A stretch of DNA of 64,000 nucleotides from positions 13,144,001 to 13,208,000 of the forward strand of contig CM022671.1 of NCBI GenBank assembly GCA_012295275.1, written 5' to 3'. The notes beneath the pieces are model-generated. The model was not told the DNA's origin. It searched no databases and was given only the letters and a program-made list of their open reading frames with translations. The first letter of the stretch is position 1. The number at the start of each line of letters is the position of its first letter. Shown in pieces: positions 41,650-54,026 of this stretch. This stretch comes from Chrysomallon squamiferum (taxonomy: Eukaryota > Animalia > Mollusca). Both the position numbers and the translations under genes were made by a program.

Positions 41650-41715
41650 CCAAATTTCAACAAAATCTGAGATGGTGAGGTTAAACCTGTTGGGTAATTT
41701 GACATGGTATGCCCC
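41650..41715. mobile_element. Solo terminal fragment related to the Sola2-like TIR
   Basis: CTGAGATGGTGAGGTTAAACCTGTTGGGTAATTTGACATGGTATGCCCC aligns to the reverse complement of 27941-27990 (GAGATGGTTGGGTTTAACCTATTGGGTGATTTGACACGGAATGACCC). Confidence 0.7.
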
Positions 41716-42265
41716 CAAAGCAGTGTATTATAAAAAACTATATTACTTACAATAATACATTAGTGAACAGATCTGTTATAGAATACTGATTGTAAACTAA
41801 AGCATCTAATAACCTGTACCTTTAATTTCTTGAACTTTTATAAATGATTTAGTTTCTTCTTGTTTTAGTGGACTCCTTCTCAGAACAAGTGAAAATGTTA
41901 TGGTTACTAGATCAATCCTCCATACATATTTAGATAATTTTCTTCTTCTGTACATTCTTTATTTCATTTATTCATCTTTTTTCATCAGTAGCTTGGAGTT
42001 TGGAGTAATGACATTTCACATGTTAATACTCTCTCCTTGCTTGGTATTCAACAACTGGTTTGTTAAAATCCACAGAATATATTGTTGTATATGCAAGAAT
42101 GTTGAGTATAAAAGAACCCTCAATGTCTACAGTTAAAATCAGCCCTTGATTTGGTAATTGTAGGTTACTCTTTTTTCGCACCATTATTCAAGATACATGA
42201 TAGCTCTTGTTTAAAAAACATTTATTTATTTATTCATTCAGTTGTTCTTTTTTCATTTCTTTCAG

Positions 42266-42492
42266 GTGAATGGCCATGACTTGTCACAGTCTTCACATGA
42301 GGAGGCTGTAGAGGCATTTCGTACAGCTAAGGAGCCAATTGTTGTTGAGGTGTTACGACGTGTTAACAAGAACAAAGTGAAAAGTCATTCTCCAACAATG
42401 GTTTCCATTGGGACACAAACAGAAGAGGATTTTTACTGTTACAACCGATCACCAACACCACCACCTGAATTTCACCCTCTTCACATGTCTGG
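42266..42492 (+). CDS. PDZRN3: Internal coding exon of a PDZRN3/PDZRN4-like (LNX3/4, Slip1) PDZ-RING E3 ligase: C-terminal half of PDZ1 plus linker
   Basis: Polypyrimidine tract and TTTCAG acceptor ending at 42265 (phase 0); GG|GTGAGT donor at 42493 (phase 2). Translation [32 protein letters not shown]...MVSIGTQTEE...SPTPP closely resembles recalled vertebrate PDZRN3 ([32 protein letters not shown]...GTQT...SPSPP). PDZRN3 versus PDZRN4 cannot be resolved; it is probably a pro-orthologue. Confidence 0.93.
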
Positions 42493-43473
42493 GTGAGTAT
42501 ATGTTACTTGTTCCTTTTCAAAATAAATAAATAAATAATAATAATGTCACTGTTATTAGAAACTATGTGTTCTTTGAGATTGAATCATATTTCTGTTTCC
42601 ATAATCCAGCATAAGCATTTTATTGTAAACCAAAGTCAATTATGTCCTGAGTTTTTTAACTTTTTATGAAAATTAATTTGTAAAGAAAGATCTTCTTAAA
42701 TGAATTTTTAAGAAATATACTGAAATGGTAGAAAATATTGTTTTCTTGAGCAAAAGTTCTGCCAGTGTCAATGATTGTGCCCATAAATAGTTCCTTTAAG
42801 GAAGCATGATAACAATTATCCACATTCACAGTTAGTAAAATAACAATTAGTTTTTAAAATGAGTTTTACTTACATGAAAACGTTTTATGCAAAATTGTAT
42901 TAAAGGTTTTATTTTTGGTTTTGTAAATGATATTAAAAGAAACAGTTGAATATAAAATATTTTATAGTTTTTGCTTATTTTCAGAATTAATTGTTTTTAA
43001 TGATTACTGTCAGTGTAAAAGGAAAGTCGATGCTTTATGCATTTGAAGATTTCTAATTTGAAAATTGTTTTGGAATTTAAATGCCTAACATAAGTAGGAG
43101 CAAATGCATTTGATTTATTTTCATAATTAATGATATCAAATAATAGGTTCAGCATTATTTAGACAATTAAAGCTGCATTTTTACTAGCATTGCTTTTTTT
43201 TTATTTATTTTTCTATCTGACCTTTTATTTTTTTCCTTCTATAAAAGCACATACTGATTTTGTATTTTCTTTGTCTAGTAATAATAATGGAAAGCTGAGG
43301 AATATAAGCTTATCTTTTACCTAATGTTAAAAAACTGAAATATATCCTTTTGAAAAATGTTTTTTGATGGTTATTTTCTTTACACTTTTTCAATTGTTTT
43401 AGGAAAAGAAATGTGTCTTTTTTCAGAATACTCTTAATATATTTTTAATTTAGTATGAGACAGCAAACTTGAC

Positions 43474-43502
<29 letters not shown>
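43474..43502. repeat. Poly(A) tract, ~29 nt
   Basis: Read directly from the sequence. Confidence 0.95.
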
Positions 43503-43505
<3 letters not shown>

Positions 43506-44427
43506 ACAGCTTTCAGACAATGGGACTACTCTTTTTATAGTTTTAAAACCAAGGAATTGTATGTATGTGAGTTTGTCATAATTTGATATACCTCACAATT
43601 ACTATGGCAACTTTTATATATTTATTGATTGCTGGTGTTTCCATTAAAAGATGTTTTTATAGAAGCAGGTGCACTGTTTAATAGAGACAGCTAGTCTAGG
43701 CTGTAAAGAAATTGCCAAATTAGAAACAACTTCATAATGGGAGAAGAGCTGCACATTAACAGAGCTGGGCAATGATGTCTTTCTAACCAAGACAACACAG
43801 ATTAAGGGGTCACTTGAAATACACAAGTCTGTTAAATGCATTAGAGACAGATGAATGGATTTAAAATTTTATATGAAAAAATAATAAAAGGTTTTATCTT
43901 CTTGGTATTTTTTATAAACATTATTAGATTTTTTTCTTATTATTTTGAATGGATATTAAAAGTCCTTGATGAAAATTCATTACACAAAAGATTTAAACAG
44001 TGTATTGTGCAGTTAGGTTATTGTTATCAGGTAAACTCTTATTCTTCATCCAGACCAGCTGGATCATAAATTTGACAAATTAGTCCCCACAATCTACAGT
44101 TTAATTCGGCTCTTATCAGATGCAAGATTACCATCAGATATGAGACTGTCATTATTGCAGTGTTAATATTATTGCTCATTATCTCAGCTTTTGTAATACA
44201 AAGTACAATTTTCTTCCAAAAAACAACAAAGAAAAAGGTACTAAGACAGTGTTATGTAATGAGGTTTTTCTTCTAACTGCTAAATAATTCATAAATACAA
44301 AAGACTGGAAAACCAAAATAATGCAAAATAATATATTTTGTCCCCTTGAGCTCATTTTTTTATACCTATTTGTTGCTGACAGGCAGACTTATTATCTTTG
44401 TATTTTTTAGTTACAAACTAAAACAAG

Positions 44428-44428
<1 letters not shown>

Positions 44429-44470
<42 letters not shown>
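44429..44470. repeat. (TG)21 microsatellite
   Basis: Read directly from the sequence. Confidence 0.97.
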
Positions 44471-44473
<3 letters not shown>

Positions 44474-45409
44474 ATTTTTACACCAGAGAGTTTCTCTGTT
44501 TCCTTTATACAGTAGTATCATTAACTACTAACATTGTGTCATGATCTAAGTCTATATTGGCTCACAGTCATTACTGTTTCTGGAATTTTGCTCAAGGACT
44601 TTTTCTAATCAGTCCTACTCTACTAGGAATGTCTCATTGTTGCATAGATTTATAATCAGCAGTCTGCAGAAATGATGTTCCTCATATTGTATCCATCCTT
44701 GCAGTCTGCACTACAAATAATTGTTTTTATATTCTGAATATTTAGCTGCAGTTTCATCACAATCTACTACAATATCTCTCCCCGTTTCCTTCTTACTCTC
44801 TTCATTTGTTCCCTATCTATTTCTTAAGATTTTCTCTGCTGGATCTGTTTATTTGTCAATCTCTGTGTCTGTCTGCCTGTCTATTCTAATGTTTCAGCTA
44901 TGTCTGCATGTTACATTAATTGATAGTAAGACATTTGCTCACTGGACAGTTAGTGTGTGTGTATGTATATATATATATATATATATATATTTATAATATA
45001 TATTAAAGAGTTCTTATGAAATATATGGGATTAAAATGAATATTAACTGATATAATTAAGATTATTCACATACCAGTTTCTTTCATCAGAATACATAATA
45101 AAATAATTACTGTCTAGAAAACATAATTAACCAAAGTCATAAAATGATTTGACATTGTTGTTCAAGCAAATGAAAGCTAGGGTTATTCTAATTGATGGGA
45201 AAATTTTAATCAAAGTCATTGAAACTCGCAGATTCCTTTGATATGTTCTCTATTCAAGTAACTCAAAGACTGTTCTTCTGACTAACTGTTTTTGAAATTC
45301 TCTGTTATATAAACTCAATTGGATTCACTCCAGGTTTGGATTGCTTTTGGAGTACTATATGGTCACAGATGCATTAGGACTTGAAATCATTCCTAAATTC
45401 TAAAGCAGT

Positions 45410-45540
45410 AAGATTATCAAGTCCAACAAAAGCAAAGACAAACTCTTCTACGGTGGTTACATGTATGTGCAGAAGACCAAGAAAGACTGGTTCTCTGGGT
45501 TAGCCTCAAAGAATATTCCAATGGATGTACAGGTGCTCTG
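45410..45540 (+). mobile_element. Second, more decayed FLYWCH/MULE fragment
   Basis: Reads KIIKSNKSKDKLFYGGYMYVQKTKK, then after a frameshift WVSLKEYSNGCTGAL; collinear with the 33043 peptide. Confidence 0.55.
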
Positions 45541-46361
45541 AATTACTTATGAGCATTCTAGATCATTTGTCAATCACATATGATGCATCAGTTTCAAGGA
45601 GGAGAGGACATGATATGGCTCCAGCAATGGGTGACCCGGCAGCATCAGAGGTTCCTCCAAACTTCTGCAATAGAATTTCTCTGGAAGAAATTTAGTTCAG
45701 TTGCTGTACTTGTTGTTTGTAGGTTGTTTATAATACGCGTAAGCTTCTGTTAAATGTGTAAACAAACTTTCATATGTGATATAATTTTCATTTGGTAATT
45801 GTCCATTTTTAAATGTTCTTTCTGTCAGTATCTGTTAAAGGGATAACTGATGAGCAAATATCTTGTGGACTAATGACCAGTGATCAAATGCCTTGTGAGC
45901 ATTTTCCTGGTACTGTCTAAAACTGGGTCCACAAACCTTTTAGACAATCAACCCCTTCATGGAATCCTTGATATCTCATCAACCCCCAGACAGTTTCCAA
46001 GTATATTAGACAAACTGCATACCAAACTCTGCTTTCAATATACATCAGTATGGAAAACTGGATACCAAACCATGTGAAACTTGTTCTGTATCCCCTCCCC
46101 TTGTAAATATCTCTCATTAAATACTGGGAAATAAAAAGGAAAATAAGTTTACCTTTAATAATGTCGGAGGGGTTTCATGATAGATAATAGCAGGCAGATG
46201 GACAAGTTGAACTTCACTGTTACCTATTCTTTGTGTTTGCACTATATCTGCATTATCCCTAGTTTTAATACCAAACCTAACATCAATAATAATAACAAGA
46301 GAGAATATTAAATAAACTAAAAATAAATTAAGATACTGTTCTGTTGAATTGGGTGATATCG

Positions 46362-46519
46362 TTAATGGGAAGGACGGGCATTGATATTTGGTAGGAAATT
46401 GGTGAATTTTAGTCACATTGCTCTTCCAGATTTAATTGTTCTTCAGATTTGTTAGAATTGCATTTATGTTGCTAAAACCAGCTTCAACCATGTACAAACT
46501 TGGAAAAGCAAATAAAAAT
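46362..46519 (-). mobile_element. hAT Charlie/Buster-type transposase C-terminal remnant
   Basis: Minus strand reads FLFAFPSLYMVEAGFSNINAILTN / LNLEEQCD / FTNFLPNINARPSH* with frameshifts, matching the recalled Buster/Charlie C-terminus (AFPSSY.VE.GFS...LTK.RNRL...DLRLKLT...PNI...HPSH*). Confidence 0.75.
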
Positions 46520-46849
46520 GAAAATTATAGTCTGATTTGGAAGCCTGTTAGTATTGTTTAGGCCTGTATAATTGTAACATCTTTATATTGTACTTATTTC
46601 TGAACTTCATTACATAAAACAGATGGCCTTTACACATTTTCAACTCATCACATAGTAATGGGTCCATATATGTAAGAAATTCACAGTTAGCTATACAAAT
46701 CAACAAGTCTTTGCAAGCTATCACCTCTTGACAGTGTGCAAGAATAATTGGTTCAAAGTCTCATCATTTATTTCACATAATATTGCAAACAGTCATGAAC
46801 TGAGAGGATGTGCTTTAAGTTTATTGATTGACCTCATAACACTTTTAAG

Positions 46850-47420
46850 GTATCATGCAGTTCACCAATAGGCATTGCAATAATATTCACAAGGGGAGAT
46901 TGTGTTATTTCAAATAATCCTCCAAAGATATAAAATTGTTTTGCCTTTAACATCACCTTCAAGGTACTTATTAAACAAGAACTCATCAACAATACACTTT
47001 AGACTTGGCCTATAATACCTCACATAGACCATGAGATATTTGAACTGCCATAAGTTGATTCATTGATTTAAATAGAAAACTTGCAATGTTGAAGCTCAGA
47101 AGTCAAGGTTCTCTCAAAATCATTACAGTAGTATTTGCACTTAGTTGTATGCATTTTAAAAAAGGTTGAGAGTCTTTCTTCATAACATTTTCAATCACAT
47201 CTTTAATTGCTTGGATTGTGATCTCTTCACCAAAATTATACATAATGTAAGATGTCTTCAATCCTCCTTTGTTATCAGATGTTTTAAAAACATGTCTTTA
47301 AATTTGGCGGATTTCTGATTTTTTCTTTCAACATCTAAAAATACAAAGTGAGATCTTTGTCAGAGTGAATCCTTTCAAGGTGGGGTCTTTCATCTTAGCA
47401 GGTTTCATGGCATCATTACT
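46850..47420 (-). mobile_element. Possible highly decayed CR1/L2-clade LINE fragment (ORF1 end and APE endonuclease)
   Basis: Only scattered motif-like remnants on the minus strand (..LKG..HSDKDLT; YYRP...IVDEF; a GDFN-like segment). There is no continuous frame. Confidence 0.3.
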
Positions 47421-49709
47421 GAAAGTCTTTTTAACACTATAGGCATTAGTAAATGAAAGTATAAACCCAAATACTCTTGACTATTGTCTGCATTTCTTCT
47501 TAGCATTAGTAACCACATTGTGCTTACAAGAAATATTGCAAATTTTAACAGTAAACACACAGCTCTCAGTTCACTGATCCACTCTGATAGCTGTGGGTGT
47601 TGAGTAACCACTGGCTTTCTCTGGGCTGGTTGGCACTGTAGGATACAAGATGATGAGCCAGGAAAATCAGCTTAGTGTTGCCACAACACAGATTTTCATT
47701 ACATGCCTGAAAATAAAGTTATGGCAAAGCTAAAATGTTTTAAAATGTTACAAGACTACAAACCTAATGATGAATAATATAGTTAATATGTTTATCAAAT
47801 ATTTCAAAAATAGAAACCTGAGCAAAGAATGTTTACATCAATTCATTTATATGAAAACAGGTATTATAATAGTCCATTACCTTGTATTTTCAACTAATGA
47901 TAAATTATTATAGCTATATTATTATCATTATATTTCACTAAAGTTTAATTAGAATATAAAATAAATAGACAAATATTAAAATATATAAAAATTAAAAATG
48001 TTTAACAGCAAGTTATATTTTTATTTCTTATTCAGATGTCGGCATTTAACATAAAAAATTGTTGACCACACTTACTTAATCAAAACCAATTTTTTTGTAT
48101 TTAAAACAATATGAAAATTTAATTTAAAAAAAATAAAAAATAAAAATAAATACAGTCCAGAAAATTAGACAAAACCTAAATCATTAAGAGGTTCTAAATT
48201 TAAAAAACCCAGATCTACACATCAAATTTACTTTATAATTTTTTCATCTCTAACATTTCTATTACTTTTGTGTATCACAGTTTCCTGAGACCTAATTACC
48301 AAACATGAAAGACATTTGGAAGTGGAAAGTAGTGATGAACTGACAGTTTTCTGACAATATAACTCTAGGTATTTGGCTTGAACTTCACTTCAAAAAGATT
48401 TGAATTCAAGTCCAAATGAAAGAAATAAATGGCTTGGTGCAACAAGAAAATGTAACTGGAATTTTTAATCCCATGTTGATGCCTTCACAAATTAACTTAG
48501 CTTGTGCTTATGTTATTTTTGTCTTTTTTGAGATCAAGGTGTATTTGCACAGTGGATCTATTGTTTCTTTAATTTACCATACCAGTATGACAACTTGTTT
48601 ATGTATCTAGAAATACAAATTTACAAATCAGGGACATATTAGAATATACTAGGCCTCATTTATAAAGCCTGTTTTGTTTGTTATTTTGGATTTTTTAAGC
48701 ATTGAAAATAGTTAAAATAATATGGATTTAAGATTAAAACAGGTTTTTTATGACAACTCATTTATCTATATTTTTAAACCTATTAAGAAAGATCTAAAAT
48801 CTAGCATCAGAACACATAGGGCCAAATAATTTGACGCTTTTTTTTCTTAAAAGCAAATGTTTAAATATTTAATATGTTAGTTACATACATGTCAGTCTTA
48901 AACAATCAATCTCCATCAGTTTAGGAGCATATTTGTAAAATATAATTAGCTTTGTATTACATGTATTTGGGAAATAATGGGTCTAAAGGAATACTTGCAT
49001 TTGTCCTGAGCATATAAAAAATTGAATTAAGAGATTCAACAACTCGTGAATTTATAGCAATATCTATCTTCTTGTACAAGTTTTTCTTACTGATCTGGTA
49101 TGTATTATCTTTCCATGTCACCACAGCAGTGATGATAATGTTGATAATTAGTTGAGGTGAATTCTGGAAGATGGAAATCTTTATAGAAAGGATTATAGAA
49201 TTAACATGTGTTTACTGATACCTCTTCAGCTTTTCTTATTATCTCTTGGTCATAATGATGCGATGATAGAGGAATAACATGCTATCACCATATGGACTTC
49301 TCGTTTCTTTTAGCATCAGTATATTTGTTTTATCTAATTCTCAGAAAATTACTAACCATGACCCTTGATAAATCATTTGGGGAATGTTGGCTGGAATAGG
49401 ATGTGTATGTGTGTGTTATGAAAAACTGACCAAAGATTTTGTGTTAATTCCACAGAGAAATAACCCACCAACCCACACACAAAACTAGCACAATTAAGAA
49501 GCCACAGCTTCTAAGATAAAAACAAGACTTAATAAAAGAAATTCTGTTCACAATCTTGTGTTTTTAAAGTTTACAATATTTGGAGTGATTCCTTAACAAA
49601 TATTTACACTATTTGTTTAAATTCTAAATTGTAAATATTATAATTAAGGGCAGCAGAGGTCTGCAATTTTATCTAGTTTTTCATTGGCTTTTTTTTTCCA
49701 CATAATATA

Positions 49710-50419
49710 CAGTGATATCTCGACTTATGAGAGCCCCAACTTATGAGTTTTTTGAGTTATGAGCAGTCACCCAGTCAATTTTTTGCTTTGAGTTGTGATA
49801 CAAAATCCCAACTATGAGTGAGGTCAGATATGCCGCTGCTAGTTGGTGCAACGAACAGCACAACATCTGGCCAGCATACTGTATCTCACTCGTTTACTTC
49901 ACGTTACCTTGTGGCGGAAGCATCTCTGTTGTTTTGTCTTTTTTCTGACCATGTATCCTAAGAAAGTGAGTGCAAAGGACAGTGCAGGAAAGAAGAAGTG
50001 ATCGATGTCCATTGAATTAAAGCTTGAATTCATAGAAAAACATGACTGAGGTGTGCATGTAGTCGACACGTATGAGCATATAGTACTTCCATGATATGTA
50101 CCATACTGAAGCAGAAGGAGTTGATAAAGGCTGTAATTCCAGCCAAAGGTGTTAAAATAATTGGCCTGATCTCCCAAGATAAATACATTTTACAAAACCA
50201 ATTTATTACTTTACATTCTCTTTTATTTTTTATTTTTTTTTTCAATATTTTTCATTTATAAACACATTGTAAAAAAAAAAAAAAAAAAAAAATGGAAATG
50301 GGTTTATTTTGGGAATGGATTAATATTATTTCAATTAATTTCATTTGGGAAAATTGATTTGATATACGAGTAAATTGAATTACGAGCTCAGTCATGGAAC
50401 AAATTAAACTCGTAAGTCA
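49710..50419 (+). mobile_element. Tigger/pogo (Tc1-mariner superfamily) deletion derivative with N-terminal transposase remnant
   Basis: Starts TA|CAGTGATATCTCGACTTATGAG and ends ...CTCGTAAGTCA before (TA)n (right TIR truncated). From ATG 49951 it reads MYPKKVSAKDSAGKKK*SMSIELKLEFIEKHD*GVHVV...TSMICTILKQKELIKAVIPAKGVKII, a TIGD1/Tigger CENP-B-type HTH with stops and a frameshift. Confidence 0.85.
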
Positions 50420-50437
50420 TATATATATATATATATG

Positions 50438-50469
<32 letters not shown>

Positions 50470-50502
50470 TGTATGTATACACACACACACATATATATAT
50501 AT
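50420..50502. repeat. Quasi-palindromic compound microsatellite (TA)n(TG)n..(CA)n(TA)n at the Tigger end
   Basis: Read directly from the sequence. Confidence 0.9.
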
Positions 50503-51354
50503 TGTAACTAATTTTCATGCTATTTAGAGACTTCTGTTTTTAAATAAAATTCTACTAAATTTTTATCATCTACTTTCTTCAATTTATTATTTATATAGGT
50601 TGTATTACAAATTATATAGTGTTTTTTCTAAAAACGTTTTCACAATTTTCACTTTATTTTTTAGACTATGAAGAAATTATCTGCAACATCTTTCCTTAAG
50701 TATCTAAATAGAATGAAAATAAATACTACAAATTAAACATTTGTTGTATTATTCATGATAAATAAATTTCTTTTTTCAAACTTAATCATGCTAAATATGA
50801 TAACAATCGTTACAGGGAATATTTATAATTCATATATCAGTTTTAAATTTATTATCCACAAAGAGAGCATATAAAGAACACTGTTGATGGAACTTAGGAT
50901 ATAACAGTAGCACGTTTTAAAAATTGCTAAAATAAATTCACCAGAAGAATAAAATTAAACTTTATTAATAAATTTCTATCTTGCTGGTTATGTTTTCAAC
51001 TAAAATGTCAGAATGACCTGCAGATCAAAGAGCTTGCTTTTGTGTTTTAATATGTTGTAGTAGAGAGAACTGTATTAATACTGATGAACTGCAAGGTGCT
51101 TAGATAATGGCTGTCTGCAGGCAACGGTTCAGATCATTGAACTGCATGCATGGATTGTTGTTCAGAATAAGAAAATGTAAACATTTTATATTTTTATGAT
51201 ATTTTTGTTTTTCTCTATGCTTTTAAATAATTCATTAGTTACTTTTATTACTTTTTACTTTTACTATCATCTTTTTTGTGCACAATAGATTTTGGAAATA
51301 GTGATTTTAATTTGTTATAAAGATCATTACTATATATATATATACACACATACA

Positions 51355-51426
51355 CAGTGGGACCTTCACTTATGAGTTTAATTCGTTCCGTGACCAATCT
51401 CATATCTCAGTATGCTCATATATCAA
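51355..51426 (-). mobile_element. Second Tigger 3' terminal fragment, inverted relative to the first
   Basis: CAGTGGGACCTTCACTTATGAGTTTAATTCGTTCCGTGACC...CTCATATATC aligns to the reverse complement of 50361-50419. Confidence 0.7.
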
Positions 51427-53887
51427 GAGAGTGTCTTTAGCAGACAGTATGTGATTTAAATCTGTTTTTGTTAAACAGTGTCTAGACATATTTAAAAAAT
51501 ATTATTCTATTCAGTTTTAACCTAATCCTCTGAATCAACCTTTATAATGTCTGAATGTTTTTTATTAGATTTTTCTTCTTCAGTTGACTCCCTCCCAGAC
51601 ATCAGAGTATATGAATTTTGCAAATACAGTGACATCATATTTTTTATTTTATGACTGCATTCTGTAACAAAGTGAAGCATTTGGTTGGTCACTGGCAAAC
51701 ATTCCAATGAAAAAGATAAAAAATAAGTGTTACCAAGCAATTACTAAAACTCTTACTCTCTCTCCCTGGAGGCAGAATGATCTTTATTGTATAGCATCAA
51801 ACTATAGTTACTGCCAAATGAAGCATTTATTTCTTTTTTTTCATATTCCACACTATCACCCTTGGTTGTATCAGTTCTTGAGTTTAGGTTATCTAGTGAA
51901 ATATAACTGCTTCTAGTTTTTTTATATGGGAGGTTTATACTGAAAAAATATAAAATGCAATTTAAACAACAAAAACCCACATGTAAAACAGAAATAGAAT
52001 TCAGAGTTTAGATTTAGTTCTACGCTAACTTACACGGTCTATCAGTTAAGAAATACTTAAATATAGTCATTTAAGACAAAATTTATTTATCCTAATTTGC
52101 ACATTAAAAACCCTTATAAATACTCCTTAAGGCTTTACTAATTGTTTTGAGTGAGTTTATAAGTGTCAAAATAAGATAAAAAGTTTGTTTAATTTGATGT
52201 TTTGGACACACAGGTAAAACCTAGTACACTGTTCCATAAGTGTTGGGATCTGTTATATGGATCTTGAACAGAAATTCTATACATTTGCAAATCACTTTTA
52301 ATTGGTATTTCAGAATTTAATTTTTTTTCTTTCATTATTTTTAAGAATTTTTTTTTGATTTTTAAAAAATAATTGTCATACAGTTTCAATTGTATTTACA
52401 TACGTTTCATATAAAAATGATTTCAAGATTATTTTTATGATTATGTATAATTCAATGTGTGCATGCTGCTTGCATCAACCAGTTCCTGGTGGCAGAAATA
52501 AGAAAAAATTGTGAGCATACAGTTGGAAGCACTTACATAAACAGGAAAAAGATAAGATAATCAGAAACCCAGAACAAGAAATTGCTTTACCTTGCAGCTG
52601 TAACTGTTTCACATACTCATAGATATAGGCCTTTTTTCAGATTGAACAGCTTTAATAAGCGATAAAACAAATCATATCTACAGATACTATATATGGAAGA
52701 TAAATATTCTTTTATAATAGTTATGCGTACTTTTGTCTAAGGAAGTTTTTATTTAAATCTACTTTCATTAGCATTGCTGAAAAAGATATATGTACAAATT
52801 ATTTTTTATCACTGAAAAAATTTGAAGAAAACATATTATTTTACCTGATTAAAGCTTTACTGGAATCTGATTAGCTTCAGTAAAAGTTTGACAGATATTT
52901 ACCTTTTTCCCAGAATTATTAAAATCATTACAAAACATTTTTTAATCCTTGTCATTTAAAGACTCCTTTCTGTATGGAATTTGTATATTAAAACAATTAT
53001 TAGAACATTTTGAATCCTATTATTTGTCTTCATACATACATTTATGTCCATGTATATTATAAAAGAAAGGAATATCTATGCCTCTATTCACTGGGTTTTT
53101 AACTTAGCAGTAAGGGGTCTTTAATATGCACCTTGCTTTACACAGGAAAGTGTTTGGTTAAATGTTTGTGGTTCTGAACTTAGCTGCATACAAAGACCAT
53201 TGAGGTTTGTTTACATCTGTGTTCTGTACTCATACTCATCTCTGAATAATACTTGCTTTACCTATTATAGATCAAATGTAGCCTGGCTTGCTATCAGCTG
53301 TGTCAAAAGTGAAAAATTAATTTTGATTCCATGAATGTAGCAGGCTTTAATTGGTTGTTTCAGACCATACTATCATAGCTGTTAAGATAGCCATGGATGC
53401 CAGTGTAATAAATTGAGTAGCCAAACAGATTACTGAAATATTGGATTGTCTGATTCCCCCCTCAGCCCTGAAGCTGCCTGTTCAGCTTGATTTTTTTTGT
53501 GCTCTTCTTGGCAATTGCACATCAATATTCCCACAAAGAGGAGTCATTGCACATTGGTGTCAGGAGTGATATCTCCAGCCTCAACCAATTGCTTTCTTTG
53601 TGCAACAGCTATTGTTCAGGAATGGTGAATATATGACTGTGATAATGAGAAAAAAACCTAACCTACATGTAGTTTTAGGTTGAAATTTGGATTACATCAA
53701 TGTCAGACCAATCTCAAGTGAAATATAATTCATGTTTGTCTGTTTCTGTATATTTTCTGCAGTTTTTCTTTGTTGTTTTTCCAGCTTTATTAAATGTGTA
53801 TCTAATTTTGATTGAAATGTGTATTATTACATCAATGTCAAAACTAAAAATCTAATTCATAACAGTCAGTTTTTGTATATCTTTCAG

Positions 53888-54026
53888 TCTCTACCAGCCA
53901 GCCTCTCGAAGACCTGTGGCATTTTCCCCAAGTGCTGAGATGGGCTTGACTGACATTGAAATGGCACACAATATAGAATTGGATGACCCGTACTTTGATG
54001 ATCGACAGTATGAGATGGAGTATGAG
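53888..54026 (+). CDS. PDZRN3: Next coding exon of the PDZRN3/4-like gene (acidic linker leading into PDZ2); missed by the ORF track
   Basis: CTTTCAG acceptor ending at 53887 and GAG|GTAAGA donor at 54027. Length 139 nt = 1 + 46 codons, which completes the phase-2 GG from 42492. Open reading (G)LYQPASRRPVAFSPSAEMGLTDIEMAHNIELDDPYFDDRQYEMEYE; the end resembles the E-x-E-x-E|EV entry into PDZ2. Confidence 0.88.

Larger units (their letters stand above)
42493..53887 (+). other. GT-AG intron (phase 2, ~11.4 kb) of the PDZRN3/4-like gene
   Basis: Starts GTGAGT, ends TTTCAG; the reading frame is preserved across the join. Confidence 0.8.

Noticed and set aside
42242-42265. N-terminal MFFFHFFQ of ORF 42242-42496
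   Set aside because: This is the intron's polypyrimidine tract and acceptor, not coding sequence.
45880-46077. Minus-strand peptide faintly like a LINE ORF2 C-terminus
   Set aside because: Too few anchoring residues to support a call.
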